DNA of 64,000 nt, taken from Enterovirga sp. (GTDB taxonomy: Bacteria > Pseudomonadota > Alphaproteobacteria > Rhizobiales > Beijerinckiaceae). Below are positions 9,946 to 18,493 of this stretch, in pieces. The stretch is from positions 5,166 to 69,165 of the forward strand of contig NZ_DAOLAJ010000005.1 in assembly GCF_035325185.1 (NCBI RefSeq), read 5' to 3'. Numbering within the stretch: position 1 is the stretch's first letter; each line of letters begins with the position of its first letter. The notes beneath the pieces are model-generated. The model worked only from the letters and a program-made list of their open reading frames with translations. It had not been told where the DNA came from and searched no databases. The position numbers were made by a program, and so were the translations under genes.

Positions 9946-11372
9946 GGAAGCGCAAGCCGCCAGGGCAGGATTCGCCAGCCCGGCGGTCCCTCGGGATGGG
10001 CCGCGAGCAGCCGCGCGAGGGCCGCGTGATCCGTCTTTCCGCTCACGGTGCGCGGCCAGCGATCGCAGACGAGGATGCGGCGCGGCGTCTTGTAGGGCTC
10101 GAGGCGCGCGCGGCACCACGCGGCCAATGTCGCGCGGTCGACGGGGGCGGCAAGCTCCAGCACCGCGACCGCCCGCAGGCCGCGCAGCGGGTCGGGCACA
10201 GCCTGGACCGAGACCGAGGCGACCGAGGGATGCGCGGCCAGGACGTGCTCCACCTCCTCGGGAAACAGGTTCTTGCCCTGCACGACGAACATGCGCTGGC
10301 GGCGCCCGGCGAGGTGAAGCAGGCCCTCGCCGTCGAGATGCCCCATGTCGCCGACCGATATCCAATCCCCGTCCCGCAGGAGCGCGGCGGGGCCATGGGC
10401 CGGCTCGGACGTCACGTAGCCCGTGAAGACCATGGGGCTGCGCACATAGATCAGCCCCGGCGCATGGTGGCCGGCACCCGGCGGCACGATGCGCAGCTCG
10501 ACATTCGCGAAAGGCCGCCCCACCGCCTCGGCCGGCAGGTCGGCCCGGCTGTCCGTCCAGGCGATGAAGCTGGTCTCGGAGGTGCCGTAGAACTCGACGA
10601 TGCGCGCATGGGGGAAGAGGGCCTGCAGGTGCGGCGTGCGCGCGCGGGGCCAGGGCGCGCCGCTGATCATCACGAGCTGTGTCGCCTCGACGGCGCGGGG
10701 GCCGTGGCGAGCGGCCTCCTCCAGCATCAGGATGAGCTGGCTCGGCACGGCGACGAGGCTTCGCGCATCGCCCCGCACGAGCGTCCGCAAGGCGGCACGG
10801 GCGGAGAAGCGCTGCTGGAGATGCGCGCCCACCCCGGTCCACAGGCCGAGCAGCGCGTTGAACAGGAACAGCGAATGCGAAAGCCGCCCCGGCGCCAGCA
10901 CCGGCGTGCGCACCGCCGGGCCGAAAGCGTCGATGCAGGCTTCGAAGCTCGTGGTCCACGAGCGGTGGCTGCGGATAAAGCCCTTCGGCATCCCGGTGCT
11001 GCCGGAGGTGAAGCCGATATAGAACGATCCCTCCGGCAGGGCCGGGGCGGCGAGCAGTCGCTCCGCGACCTCGCGGCGCAACTGCGCGGGCCAGTCGGGA
11101 TCGGCCACGGCGGCGACATGGCCCGCCGCCAGAATGGACAGGAATTCGACGAGCTGGTCGCCCGGTCCGAGTCCGGCATCGACCCACACGGCCCGGGGAG
11201 CGGGAGAGGCACCCTGAAAGGGGCCGGCGGCGACGCGCGCGGCCAGCTCCTCGAAGCTCAGGCGCAGCGTCCCGTCATCGATGGCCAATGCATCCGGCCT
11301 GCGCGCCGCCCAATGAGCCAGCGGCGCATGGACGCCAGGGCTCGGTTGCGCGTCCTCCCCCTTCCTCGTCAT
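9942..11372 (-). CDS. AMP-binding acyl-CoA synthetase/ligase
   Basis: FTSGSTGMPKG (A3), YGTSE (A5), GDMG (A7), SGK (A10). Start codon uncertain. Confidence 0.88.
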   Translation of the reverse strand: MTRKGEDAQPSPGVHAPLAHWAARRPDALAIDDGTLRLSFEELAARVAAGPFQGASPAPRAVWVDAGLGPGDQLVEFLSILAAGHVAAVADPDWPAQLRREVAERLLAAPALPEGSFYIGFTSGSTGMPKGFIRSHRSWTTSFEACIDAFGPAVRTPVLAPGRLSHSLFLFNALLGLWTGVGAHLQQRFSARAALRTLVRGDARSLVAVPSQLILMLEEAARHGPRAVEATQLVMISGAPWPRARTPHLQALFPHARIVEFYGTSETSFIAWTDSRADLPAEAVGRPFANVELRIVPPGAGHHAPGLIYVRSPMVFTGYVTSEPAHGPAALLRDGDWISVGDMGHLDGEGLLHLAGRRQRMFVVQGKNLFPEEVEHVLAAHPSVASVSVQAVPDPLRGLRAVAVLELAAPVDRATLAAWCRARLEPYKTPRRILVCDRWPRTVSGKTDHAALARLLAAHPEGPPGWRILPWRLALP

Positions 11373-11499
11373 GACCGGGCGGAACGATCTGCCGGATTTC
11401 GTCTCAACGCGCATCCCCATCGGCCGCGAGGCGCGCTTTAAGCACGGAACGCGCGAGGCGCCAAAATGCGGCGGCGGCGCGGCTCGCGGCGATGCCGTC

Positions 11500-12039
11500 T
11501 CAGGCGCGGAGCCTGGCTCCGTAGCGCTCATGAGCCTTCATGATCATCCCTTCCGCCTCGGCGGCGTCGCCCCAGCGCAGGATGCGGACCCATTTCCCCT
11601 CTTCGAGGTCTTTGTAATGGGTGAAGAAATGCTCGATCTGCTTCAGCGTGATCTCGGGCAGGTCCCGCGCCTGCGCGACGGCGTCGTAGCGGCGTGTCAG
11701 CCGGCGCGCCGGAACCGCGATGATCTTCTCGTCCGGCCCCGCCTCGTCCTGCATGACGAGGACGCCGACGGGACGGACCGCGATGACGGCCCCCGGGACC
11801 AGGGCACGGCTGTTGGCGACGAGGACGTCGCAAGGGTCTCCGTCCTCGGAGAGCGTGCGCGGCATGAATCCGTAATTGCCCGGATAGCGCATCGGCGTGT
11901 GGAGGAAGCGGTCGACGACGAGTGCGCCCGACGCCTTGTCGAATTCGTACTTGATCGGCTCCCCGCCGATGGGCACCTCGATGACGACGTTGACTTCCGA
12001 GGGAGCCTTCGCGCCGAGGGACAACGCTTCGAGGTTCAT
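11500..12039 (-). CDS. ppa: Family I inorganic pyrophosphatase
   Basis: [47 protein letters not shown]; GCAGGAG RBS upstream. Confidence 0.96.
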   Translation of the reverse strand: MNLEALSLGAKAPSEVNVVIEVPIGGEPIKYEFDKASGALVVDRFLHTPMRYPGNYGFMPRTLSEDGDPCDVLVANSRALVPGAVIAVRPVGVLVMQDEAGPDEKIIAVPARRLTRRYDAVAQARDLPEITLKQIEHFFTHYKDLEEGKWVRILRWGDAAEAEGMIMKAHERYGARLRA

Positions 12040-12104
12040 CACCCGATCTCCTGCTTCGGCCGATCGCCCACGCACAGGAATCCTGCACGCGGAGCGCGGC
12101 GTCC

Positions 12105-12151
12105 GTAGGAGTCATCAGCCGGAACGGCGGTTTCGGGGGAACCCCATCCCC
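12105..12151 (-). ncRNA. Fluoride riboswitch (crcB motif) leading ppa
   Basis: Minus strand reads GGGGAUGGGGUUCCCCCGAAACCGCCGUUCCGGCUGAUGACUCCUAC. P1 GGGGA/UCCCC, P2 GCC/GGC, pseudoknot GGGGU/ACUCC, conserved GAUG and GCUGAUGAC. Confidence 0.9.
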
Positions 12152-12161
12152 ATCACCCCGA

Positions 12162-12190
12162 AAGCTAGGCCGGGCCGGCCATCCGGTCAA
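12162..12190 (-). promoter_or_regulatory. sigma70-type promoter for the ppa riboswitch leader
   Basis: TTGACC-N17-TAGCTT on the minus strand, about 10 nt upstream of the aptamer. Confidence 0.65.
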
Positions 12191-12222
12191 TCCTTCGCAT
12201 GCTCCGTCACAGGGCGATCCCC

Positions 12223-12250
12223 TTGCGCTCCCGGCCTGCCGGCCTACATT
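12223..12250 (+). promoter_or_regulatory. sigma70-type promoter for the MutS-like operon leader
   Basis: TTGCGC-N16-TACATT, ending 6 nt before the first G of the aptamer. Confidence 0.6.
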
Positions 12251-12256
12251 CGGGGC

Positions 12257-12301
12257 GGGGATGGAGTCCCCCGATACGCCCCGTCCGCTGATGACTCCTG
12301 C
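12257..12301 (+). ncRNA. Fluoride riboswitch (crcB motif) leading the MutS-like pair
   Basis: GGGGAUGGAGUCCCCCGAUACGCCCCGUCCGCUGAUGACUCCUGC. P1 GGGGA/UCCCC, pseudoknot GGAGU/ACUCC, GCUGAUGAC core; P2 reduced to about 2 bp. Confidence 0.82.
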
Positions 12302-12345
12302 CTTTCCATTCGTGCGCCGCCCCACGGCGCCGAGGCAGGAGCGTC

Positions 12346-13968
12346 ATGAGGACCGACCTTTCCGATCCCCGTCCCCTCGCGGCCGAGCCCAGGCTCGATC
12401 CGGCCGATGATCGCGGCCTCTCTCTGGGCCCCGCGTTCCGCAGCGTCCTGTTCCCGCCGGGCCGCGAGCCCGCGCAGCCGGACGAGCGCGAGGCGCCCGC
12501 CTGCTTCGCGGACCTGAACCTCGACAAGGTGGTCTCGGCCCTGGCGGCCGGGCGCGACGAGGAGGTCCTGCGCCCGATCTTCCATACGCCCCGGCGGAGC
12601 GAGGAGATCGTCCGCTACCGGCAAGCCGTCTTCGGAGATCTCGAGCGGCCGGAGGTGTTTCGGGTCTTCCCGCCCTTCTGCGAGGCGATGCGCGCGGTCC
12701 GGGCGGATCTCGCCCAGGCCGGGAAGATCACCTGGCTCTGCCACAGGCACATGGTGATGCTGCGCGCGGCCGCGACCTATTGCAGGGCGCTCGGGGACCT
12801 GCTGGCCGGGCTCCGCCCGCTTCGCCTGCGTTCCGAAGGACTCGCGGGCTTCACCGCCTATCTGGGCGAATTCGCCACGTCCCCGGGCTTCCGGAACTTC
12901 TCGGCGGAGACGGCATCTCTCTGCCAGAAGCTGTTCGGCCTCGATTACGGCATGCTTTTCCGCGGCGACAAGGTCACGGTGCGCAAATATGCGGGCGAGC
13001 CGGATTACACCGTGTCGATCCGCGAGAGATTCGCGAGGTTCAGGGAGGCCGAGATCGAGCCCGCCTCCCCGAAGACGCGCAAGGGCGAGGCCGCGCTCAA
13101 CCACATCGAGGAGGGCATTCTCGAATTCGTGGGCCGGCTGTTTCCCGAGGAGTTCCGGCAGCTCGCGGATTACGCCCGGCGCCGCGGCTCCTTCATCGAC
13201 GAGACCGTGGCGCGGCTCGACCGGGAGATCGGCTTCTTCGTCGCCTATCTCGACTTCATCGCGCCTCTCCGGCAGGCCGGCCTGCCCTTCTGCCATCCCG
13301 AGGTCTCGACCTCGTGCAAGGAGACGGAGGTGTCCCGCGGCTTCGACCTCGCCCTGGCCGCGAAGCTCGTCGGCGAGAGGGCGCCGGTCGTCTGCAACGA
13401 TTTTCGCCTGTCGGGGCCCGAGAGGATGATCGTCGTGTCCGGCCCCAACCAGGGCGGCAAGACCACCTTCGCGCGCATGTTCGGCCAGTTGCACGTCCTG
13501 GCCGGGCTCGGCTGCCCCGTCCCCGGACGATCCGCCCGCCTCTTCCTCCCGGATGCGGTCTTCACGCATTTCGAGCGCGAAGAGGACATCGCGAACCTGC
13601 GCGGCAAGCTCGAGGACGAGCTGGTTCGCCTCCACGAGAGCTGCGAGGCGATGACGGCGAACAGCGTCGTCATCCTCAACGAGATCTTCAACTCGACGAG
13701 CCTCGACGACCAGGTCCTCCTCAGCCGGAAGATCCTCGACCGCATCCTCGCGGCCGATGCGATCGGCGTCTGCGTGACCTTCATCGACGCGCTCTCCACG
13801 CTGAGCGGGAAGACCGTCAGCATGGTCGCCGCGGTGCACCCCGAGGATCCCGCGCGCCGGACCTTCGAGCTGGTGCGCCGGCCCGCCGACGGGCTCGCCT
13901 ATGCGCTGTCGCTCGCGCAGGCGCACGGCGTCACCTACGAGCGCCTGCGCGAGAGGGTCCGGCCATGA
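12346..13968 (+). CDS. MutS-related ATPase (C-terminal domain V type; no recognisable mismatch-binding or Smr domain)
   Basis: VCNDFRLS..ERMIVVSGPNQGGKTT (Walker A), FTHFERE, VILNEIFNST, C-terminal YALSLA..HG helix-turn-helix. Confidence 0.85.
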   Translation: MRTDLSDPRPLAAEPRLDPADDRGLSLGPAFRSVLFPPGREPAQPDEREAPACFADLNLDKVVSALAAGRDEEVLRPIFHTPRRSEEIVRYRQAVFGDLERPEVFRVFPPFCEAMRAVRADLAQAGKITWLCHRHMVMLRAAATYCRALGDLLAGLRPLRLRSEGLAGFTAYLGEFATSPGFRNFSAETASLCQKLFGLDYGMLFRGDKVTVRKYAGEPDYTVSIRERFARFREAEIEPASPKTRKGEAALNHIEEGILEFVGRLFPEEFRQLADYARRRGSFIDETVARLDREIGFFVAYLDFIAPLRQAGLPFCHPEVSTSCKETEVSRGFDLALAAKLVGERAPVVCNDFRLSGPERMIVVSGPNQGGKTTFARMFGQLHVLAGLGCPVPGRSARLFLPDAVFTHFEREEDIANLRGKLEDELVRLHESCEAMTANSVVILNEIFNSTSLDDQVLLSRKILDRILAADAIGVCVTFIDALSTLSGKTVSMVAAVHPEDPARRTFELVRRPADGLAYALSLAQAHGVTYERLRERVRP

Positions 13969-15470
13969 AGACCTTCCTCATGCATCCCGGCCGCGACTTC
14001 GAAACGGAGCCGGCCTCGACGGCCTCGAAAGAGTCCCTCCCCTTCGCCCAGGATATCGAGCTGGACGTCCTCCTGGACGCCGCGGCTTCCGGCGACCGCT
14101 TCCTGCGGGAGATCATGTCGGCGGCCTGCGCCCGCGCCTGGACCAACGACATCGCCACGATCCGCTATCGCCAGGAGATCCTGAAGGATTGCCTCGCCAA
14201 TCCGGGCGTCGTCCGGGGCCTCTACGCCCTCGCCCTCGAGCCGTTCAGCCGCGAGCATAGCTGGAATTTCAGCCTCTACGGCCGCGATGCCGCCGTGATG
14301 GTCTCCAGCGGCGTGCGGACGCTCCAGGTCAGCCTCGACGTCCTCGAACGGCTCCGCAATCTCTGCCGCGACAACGCGGACCGCTTCGCCTCGCCCGGCT
14401 TCCGCCAGTTCTTCGCGACGCTCGAACGGAACCTCGACGACGCCTATCTCGCCGCCGCGCGGACCGATCTCGACACCCTGACCTTCCGCCACGGCCTTCT
14501 GCTCAGCGCCCGGCTCGGGGAAGGCGGCAAGGGCGTCGGGACGATGCTGCGCAAGCCCCAGAAGCGGGACCTGAACTGGATCGACCGGCTCCTCACGCCC
14601 GGGGCGAGGAGCTTCACCTTGCAGCTCCATCCCCGCGACGAGGCCGGGGCGCAGGCCTTCGCGGAGCTGGAAGGCCGGGGCCTCGTGCTCATCTGCGACG
14701 CGGTCTACGAATCCGCCGAGCACGTCCTCGGCTTCCTGAAGGCGCTGCGGGCGGAACTCGCCTTCTATCTCGGCGGCCTCAACCTGAAGGAAAGCCTCGA
14801 CCGGATCGGCGAGACGGTCGCCTTTCCCGATCCGCAGGCCGAGCGCGGCCGCTTCCACTGCCGGAACCTGCGCGACGCATGCCTCGCCCTGACGATGGAG
14901 AAGCCGGTCGTCGGAAACGACGTCGCCGCGGACGGCAGGCCGCTCGTGATCGTGACCGGGGCCAATCGCGGCGGCAAGTCGACCTTCCTGCGGAGCGTGG
15001 GCCTCGCCCATCTGATGATGCAATGCGGCCTGTTCGTCACGGCCGAGTCCTTCTCGGCCTCGCTGCGCTCCGGGCTCTTCACGCATTGCAAGCGGGAGGA
15101 GGACCGCAGCATGCGCAGCGGAAAATTCGACGAGGAACTGGTCCGCATGAGCGCGATCGCGGACGAGATCCGCGAGGGGGCGCTCGTCCTCTTCAACGAA
15201 TCCTTCGCCGCCACCCACGAGCGGGAGGGATCGGAAATCGCCCGGCAGATCGTCTCGGCCCTGCTGGAGCGGAACGTCACGGTCTTCTTCGTCTCGCACA
15301 TGCACGCCTTCGCCCGCTCCTTCCTGGAGGACGGGCGAACCCTGTTCCTGCGCGCCGAGAGAGGGGAGGAAGGCCGCAGGACCTTCCGTCTCCGGGAAGG
15401 CGCGCCCGAGGCGAAAAGCTTCGGCGCCGATCTCTACCGGCGCATTTTCGAGCAGCCCGCTGCCATCTGA
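13965..15470 (+). CDS. Second MutS-related ATPase, translationally coupled to the first
   Basis: ATGA overlap. VVGNDV..DGRPLVIVTGANRGGKST, GLFVTAESF, LFNESFAAT, VSH. Confidence 0.85.
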   Translation: MKTFLMHPGRDFETEPASTASKESLPFAQDIELDVLLDAAASGDRFLREIMSAACARAWTNDIATIRYRQEILKDCLANPGVVRGLYALALEPFSREHSWNFSLYGRDAAVMVSSGVRTLQVSLDVLERLRNLCRDNADRFASPGFRQFFATLERNLDDAYLAAARTDLDTLTFRHGLLLSARLGEGGKGVGTMLRKPQKRDLNWIDRLLTPGARSFTLQLHPRDEAGAQAFAELEGRGLVLICDAVYESAEHVLGFLKALRAELAFYLGGLNLKESLDRIGETVAFPDPQAERGRFHCRNLRDACLALTMEKPVVGNDVAADGRPLVIVTGANRGGKSTFLRSVGLAHLMMQCGLFVTAESFSASLRSGLFTHCKREEDRSMRSGKFDEELVRMSAIADEIREGALVLFNESFAATHEREGSEIARQIVSALLERNVTVFFVSHMHAFARSFLEDGRTLFLRAERGEEGRRTFRLREGAPEAKSFGADLYRRIFEQPAAI

Positions 15471-15477
15471 GGCCGGG

Positions 15478-16635
15478 TCAGGTCCGAAGAGCCCCGGTTT
15501 TCGCCATCTCCTCGATGCGATCCGCGCCGTAGCCGAGTTCCGCGAGGATCGAGGCGCCGTCCGCGCCGGGGGCGCGGGGCGGGCGGATCGCGGGGGCGGG
15601 CGTCCGCCCGAAGCGGGGGGCCGGGGCAGCCTGCAGGACGTCGCCCGCGCCCCTGACGAGCGTGCCCCGCGCCTTCAGCTGCGCGGCATGCTCCGATTCC
15701 GCGATCGTCAGCACGGGCGAGACGCAGGCGTCGGAGCCCTCGAAGATCGCCGCCCATTCGTCGCGGGTCCGTGTCCTGAACGCCGCCGCGAAGCGCGCGC
15801 CCTGCTCGGCCCAACGGCTGCGATGGTATTGCGCCTCGGCCGGCAGGCCGAGCCTCGCGCAGAACTCGGCATAGAATTGCGGCTCGAGGGGGCCGACCGC
15901 CATCGCCTTGCCGTCCGCCGTCTCGTAGCAGCGGTAGAAAGGGGCGCCGCCGTCGAGCAGGTTGCTCTCGCGCTCCGCCGACCACTCGCCGCGGGCGTGG
16001 AACATGTGGAAGATCGGCATCGTCGCCGCGACGCCGTCGACCATCGCGGCATCGACCACCTGCCCGCGCCCGGAACGCTGGCGCTCGATCAGCGCGGCCA
16101 GGATGCCGAAGATCAGGAACATCGTGCCGCCCCCGTAATCGCCGACGAAGTTCAGCGGCGGCACGGGCGGGGCGCCGCGCCGGCCCACCGCGTTCAAGGC
16201 TCCCGAGAGGGAGATGTAGTTGATGTCGTGCCCCGCGCTCCCGGCCCAGGGACCGTCCTGCCCCCAGCCCGTCATCCGGGCATAGACGAGGCGCGGATGG
16301 GCGGCGCAGATGTCGTCCGGCCCGAATCCGAGCCGCTCCATCACGCCCGGGCGGAAGCCCTCGATCAGCACGTCGGCGCGCGCGATCAGGCCGCGGCAGG
16401 CTTCGGCGGCCTCCGGCTTCTTGAGGTCCAGCGCGATCGAGCGCTTGTTCCGGCGGCTGATCTCGGTGGGATCGGCCGCGCCGGCCTCGCAGGCCTTGCC
16501 GGTCGCACCGGCCGCGCGGTCGACGCAGATCACCTCCGCCCCGAGATCGGCCAGCAGTTGCGCGGCCAGGGGGGCGGGGCCGAGCCCCGCCATCTCGACG
16601 ATGCGAATCCCCGCGAGCGGGCCGGCCGATGGCAT
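15478..16635 (-). CDS. CaiB/BaiF CoA-transferase (alpha-methylacyl-CoA racemase-like)
   Basis: GLGPAPLAAQLLADLGAEVI, EGFRPGVMERLGFG, GHDINY, PPLNFVGDYGGG. Confidence 0.92.
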   Translation of the reverse strand: MPSAGPLAGIRIVEMAGLGPAPLAAQLLADLGAEVICVDRAAGATGKACEAGAADPTEISRRNKRSIALDLKKPEAAEACRGLIARADVLIEGFRPGVMERLGFGPDDICAAHPRLVYARMTGWGQDGPWAGSAGHDINYISLSGALNAVGRRGAPPVPPLNFVGDYGGGTMFLIFGILAALIERQRSGRGQVVDAAMVDGVAATMPIFHMFHARGEWSAERESNLLDGGAPFYRCYETADGKAMAVGPLEPQFYAEFCARLGLPAEAQYHRSRWAEQGARFAAAFRTRTRDEWAAIFEGSDACVSPVLTIAESEHAAQLKARGTLVRGAGDVLQAAPAPRFGRTPAPAIRPPRAPGADGASILAELGYGADRIEEMAKTGALRT

Positions 16636-16673
16636 CCGATATTCCCGTTCCCGATGGCGGGAGGCGCCGCGCC

Positions 16674-17450
16674 TCAGTCGCGCCGGAAGATCACGCTGGC
16701 CACCCAGCCGAAGCCGAGGGACAGAATGCCGATGAGGAACGCATAAAGGAAGGACCGATCCTGCGACAGGTAGGAGATGCGCTCCTCGAATCCCTTCTTC
16801 ACCACCTCGAAGCTCGCGACGCGCCGGGCCACCAGCTTCTCGCCCGAGAGGATCACCACCTCGACCTCGTAATTCCCGGTGGGCGCGGTGGCCGGGATCG
16901 GCACCGCGGCCCGGAAGAACCCGTCCGCCACGAAGACCACCCCGCGCATGTCCTGCCGCCAGAGCCCTTCCTTCGTCTTCAGCCGGATCAGCGCCTCCCG
17001 GAACGGATCCTGCTCGGCGGTCTGCTCGAAGGTCATTTCCGGCGCGTGGACGATCTCGGCCAGGCCGAGGCGCAGGCGCCGGCGCACGGCCGGCGTCGCG
17101 ATCTCCGAAAGCGGGCGGGAGGTCGCCACGCCGAGCACCGTGGGAACCGCGACGAATTTCTGCTGGCTCCGGTTGATCCAGAGCGGGCCCACGCGCTCCT
17201 TCTGGCGGACCGTCATGCTCTCGCGCGGGCCCCGCACGGTGACCACGACATCGGTCGTCGCGGCGGGGGCGGGCTTGCGGTCGTCGCGCTCGACGACGCC
17301 GAAGAGCGCGAGCCGCGTGCCCGTATAGTTCGAGCCGATCGCGATCTCGTTCTCGGACAGCGACACCACCACCCGCTCCGCGCGCGCCGGAGAGACCCCG
17401 AAGAGGAGGGCGGCGAGAAGCGGGACGGCGAGGCGCGAGGGGGCGCTCAT
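16674..17450 (-). CDS. TIGR02186-like conserved membrane protein
   Basis: Signal peptide, IAIGSNYTGTRLALFG, GPLWIN, FRAAVPIPATAPTGNY, C-terminal TM; follows TauE. Confidence 0.8.
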   Translation of the reverse strand: MSAPSRLAVPLLAALLFGVSPARAERVVVSLSENEIAIGSNYTGTRLALFGVVERDDRKPAPAATTDVVVTVRGPRESMTVRQKERVGPLWINRSQQKFVAVPTVLGVATSRPLSEIATPAVRRRLRLGLAEIVHAPEMTFEQTAEQDPFREALIRLKTKEGLWRQDMRGVVFVADGFFRAAVPIPATAPTGNYEVEVVILSGEKLVARRVASFEVVKKGFEERISYLSQDRSFLYAFLIGILSLGFGWVASVIFRRD

Positions 17451-18373
17451 CGCCGGCTCTCCGGCACGTAGATCGAGAACGGCTCGGCCGGCTTGAGGAT
17501 CACCTCGACCCCGAACCGGATGCCGACCGCGAGGACGAGGGCGCCGAGCAGGATGCGGAACAAGTCCGCCCGGATGGCCCGCCCGGTCCGGGCGCCGAAC
17601 TGGGCGCCGAACACGCCGCCGACGATCAGCATGATCGCGAGGACGATGTCGACCGCCCCGTTGAAGGCGGCCTGGAGGATGACGGCGAGGAGCGACGTGC
17701 ACAGCACCTGGAGCTGGGAGGTGCCGATCACCACCGCCGTCGGCACGCGGAACAGATAGAGGAGGGCGGGGACCATGATGAAGCCGCCGCCGATGCCCAG
17801 GATCGTGCCCGCGAAGCCGACGAGGAGCGACAGGCCCGCGACGGGCAGGACGCTGACATAGAGCTTCGAGCGCGGAAACTTCATGCGCAGGGGCAGGCCG
17901 AAGATGGCCGGATGGCCCCCGGCCCGCCGCCGCGGCTTCACGATGCCGCGGCGGCGCGCCAGGAAGTCGCGCACGCTCTCGATCAGCATCAGGGAGCCGA
18001 TCGCCGTGAAGAGGGTGACGTAGGAGAGGACGACGACGAGGTCGAGCTGGCCCGCCCGCCGCATGGCCGCGAAGGCCCAGACGCCGACCACCGTGCCGAC
18101 GAAGCCGCCGAGGGTGAGGACGGTGGCGAGCTTGAGGTCGATCGCGTCCCGCCGCCAGGCCGCGAGGGCGCTCGTCGTGGAGGAGGCGGCGATCTGGGCG
18201 GACTGGGTGGCGACCGCGACGGCGGGGGGGATGCCGAGGAAGATGAGGAGCGGCGTCATCAGGAAGCCGCCGCCGATGCCGAACATGCCCGAGACGAAAC
18301 CGACCGCCGCGCCCATCGCGAGGATCAGCATGACGCTGACCGGCATCTCGGCGATCGGGAGATAGACCTGCAC
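17447..18373 (-). CDS. TauE/SafE sulfite-exporter family membrane protein
   Basis: (GTG)QVYLPIAEM, GMFGIGGGFLMTPLL, GIGGGFIMVPAL. Confidence 0.88.
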   Translation of the reverse strand: MQVYLPIAEMPVSVMLILAMGAAVGFVSGMFGIGGGFLMTPLLIFLGIPPAVAVATQSAQIAASSTTSALAAWRRDAIDLKLATVLTLGGFVGTVVGVWAFAAMRRAGQLDLVVVLSYVTLFTAIGSLMLIESVRDFLARRRGIVKPRRRAGGHPAIFGLPLRMKFPRSKLYVSVLPVAGLSLLVGFAGTILGIGGGFIMVPALLYLFRVPTAVVIGTSQLQVLCTSLLAVILQAAFNGAVDIVLAIMLIVGGVFGAQFGARTGRAIRADLFRILLGALVLAVGIRFGVEVILKPAEPFSIYVPESRR

Positions 18374-18493
18374 CTTGCCCTTCCGAAAAACCCGGCGCCC
18401 GCGCGAAAGCGGCGGGCGCAATGCGGCGCCCGCTTAGCCAGCCTCTAGCTGAACGATCGCTGAGCGCCGAGCCCGCCCGGCGCAGGGCTCGGC

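Noticed and set aside
12105-12301. 6S RNA or MITE interpretation of the long imperfect hairpin
   Set aside because: The symmetry is explained by two oppositely oriented fluoride riboswitches with promoters; no target duplication or 6S-type context was seen.
12346-15470. Canonical mutS or mutS2 assignment
   Set aside because: Too short, and no mismatch-binding domain I or Smr domain is recognisable.
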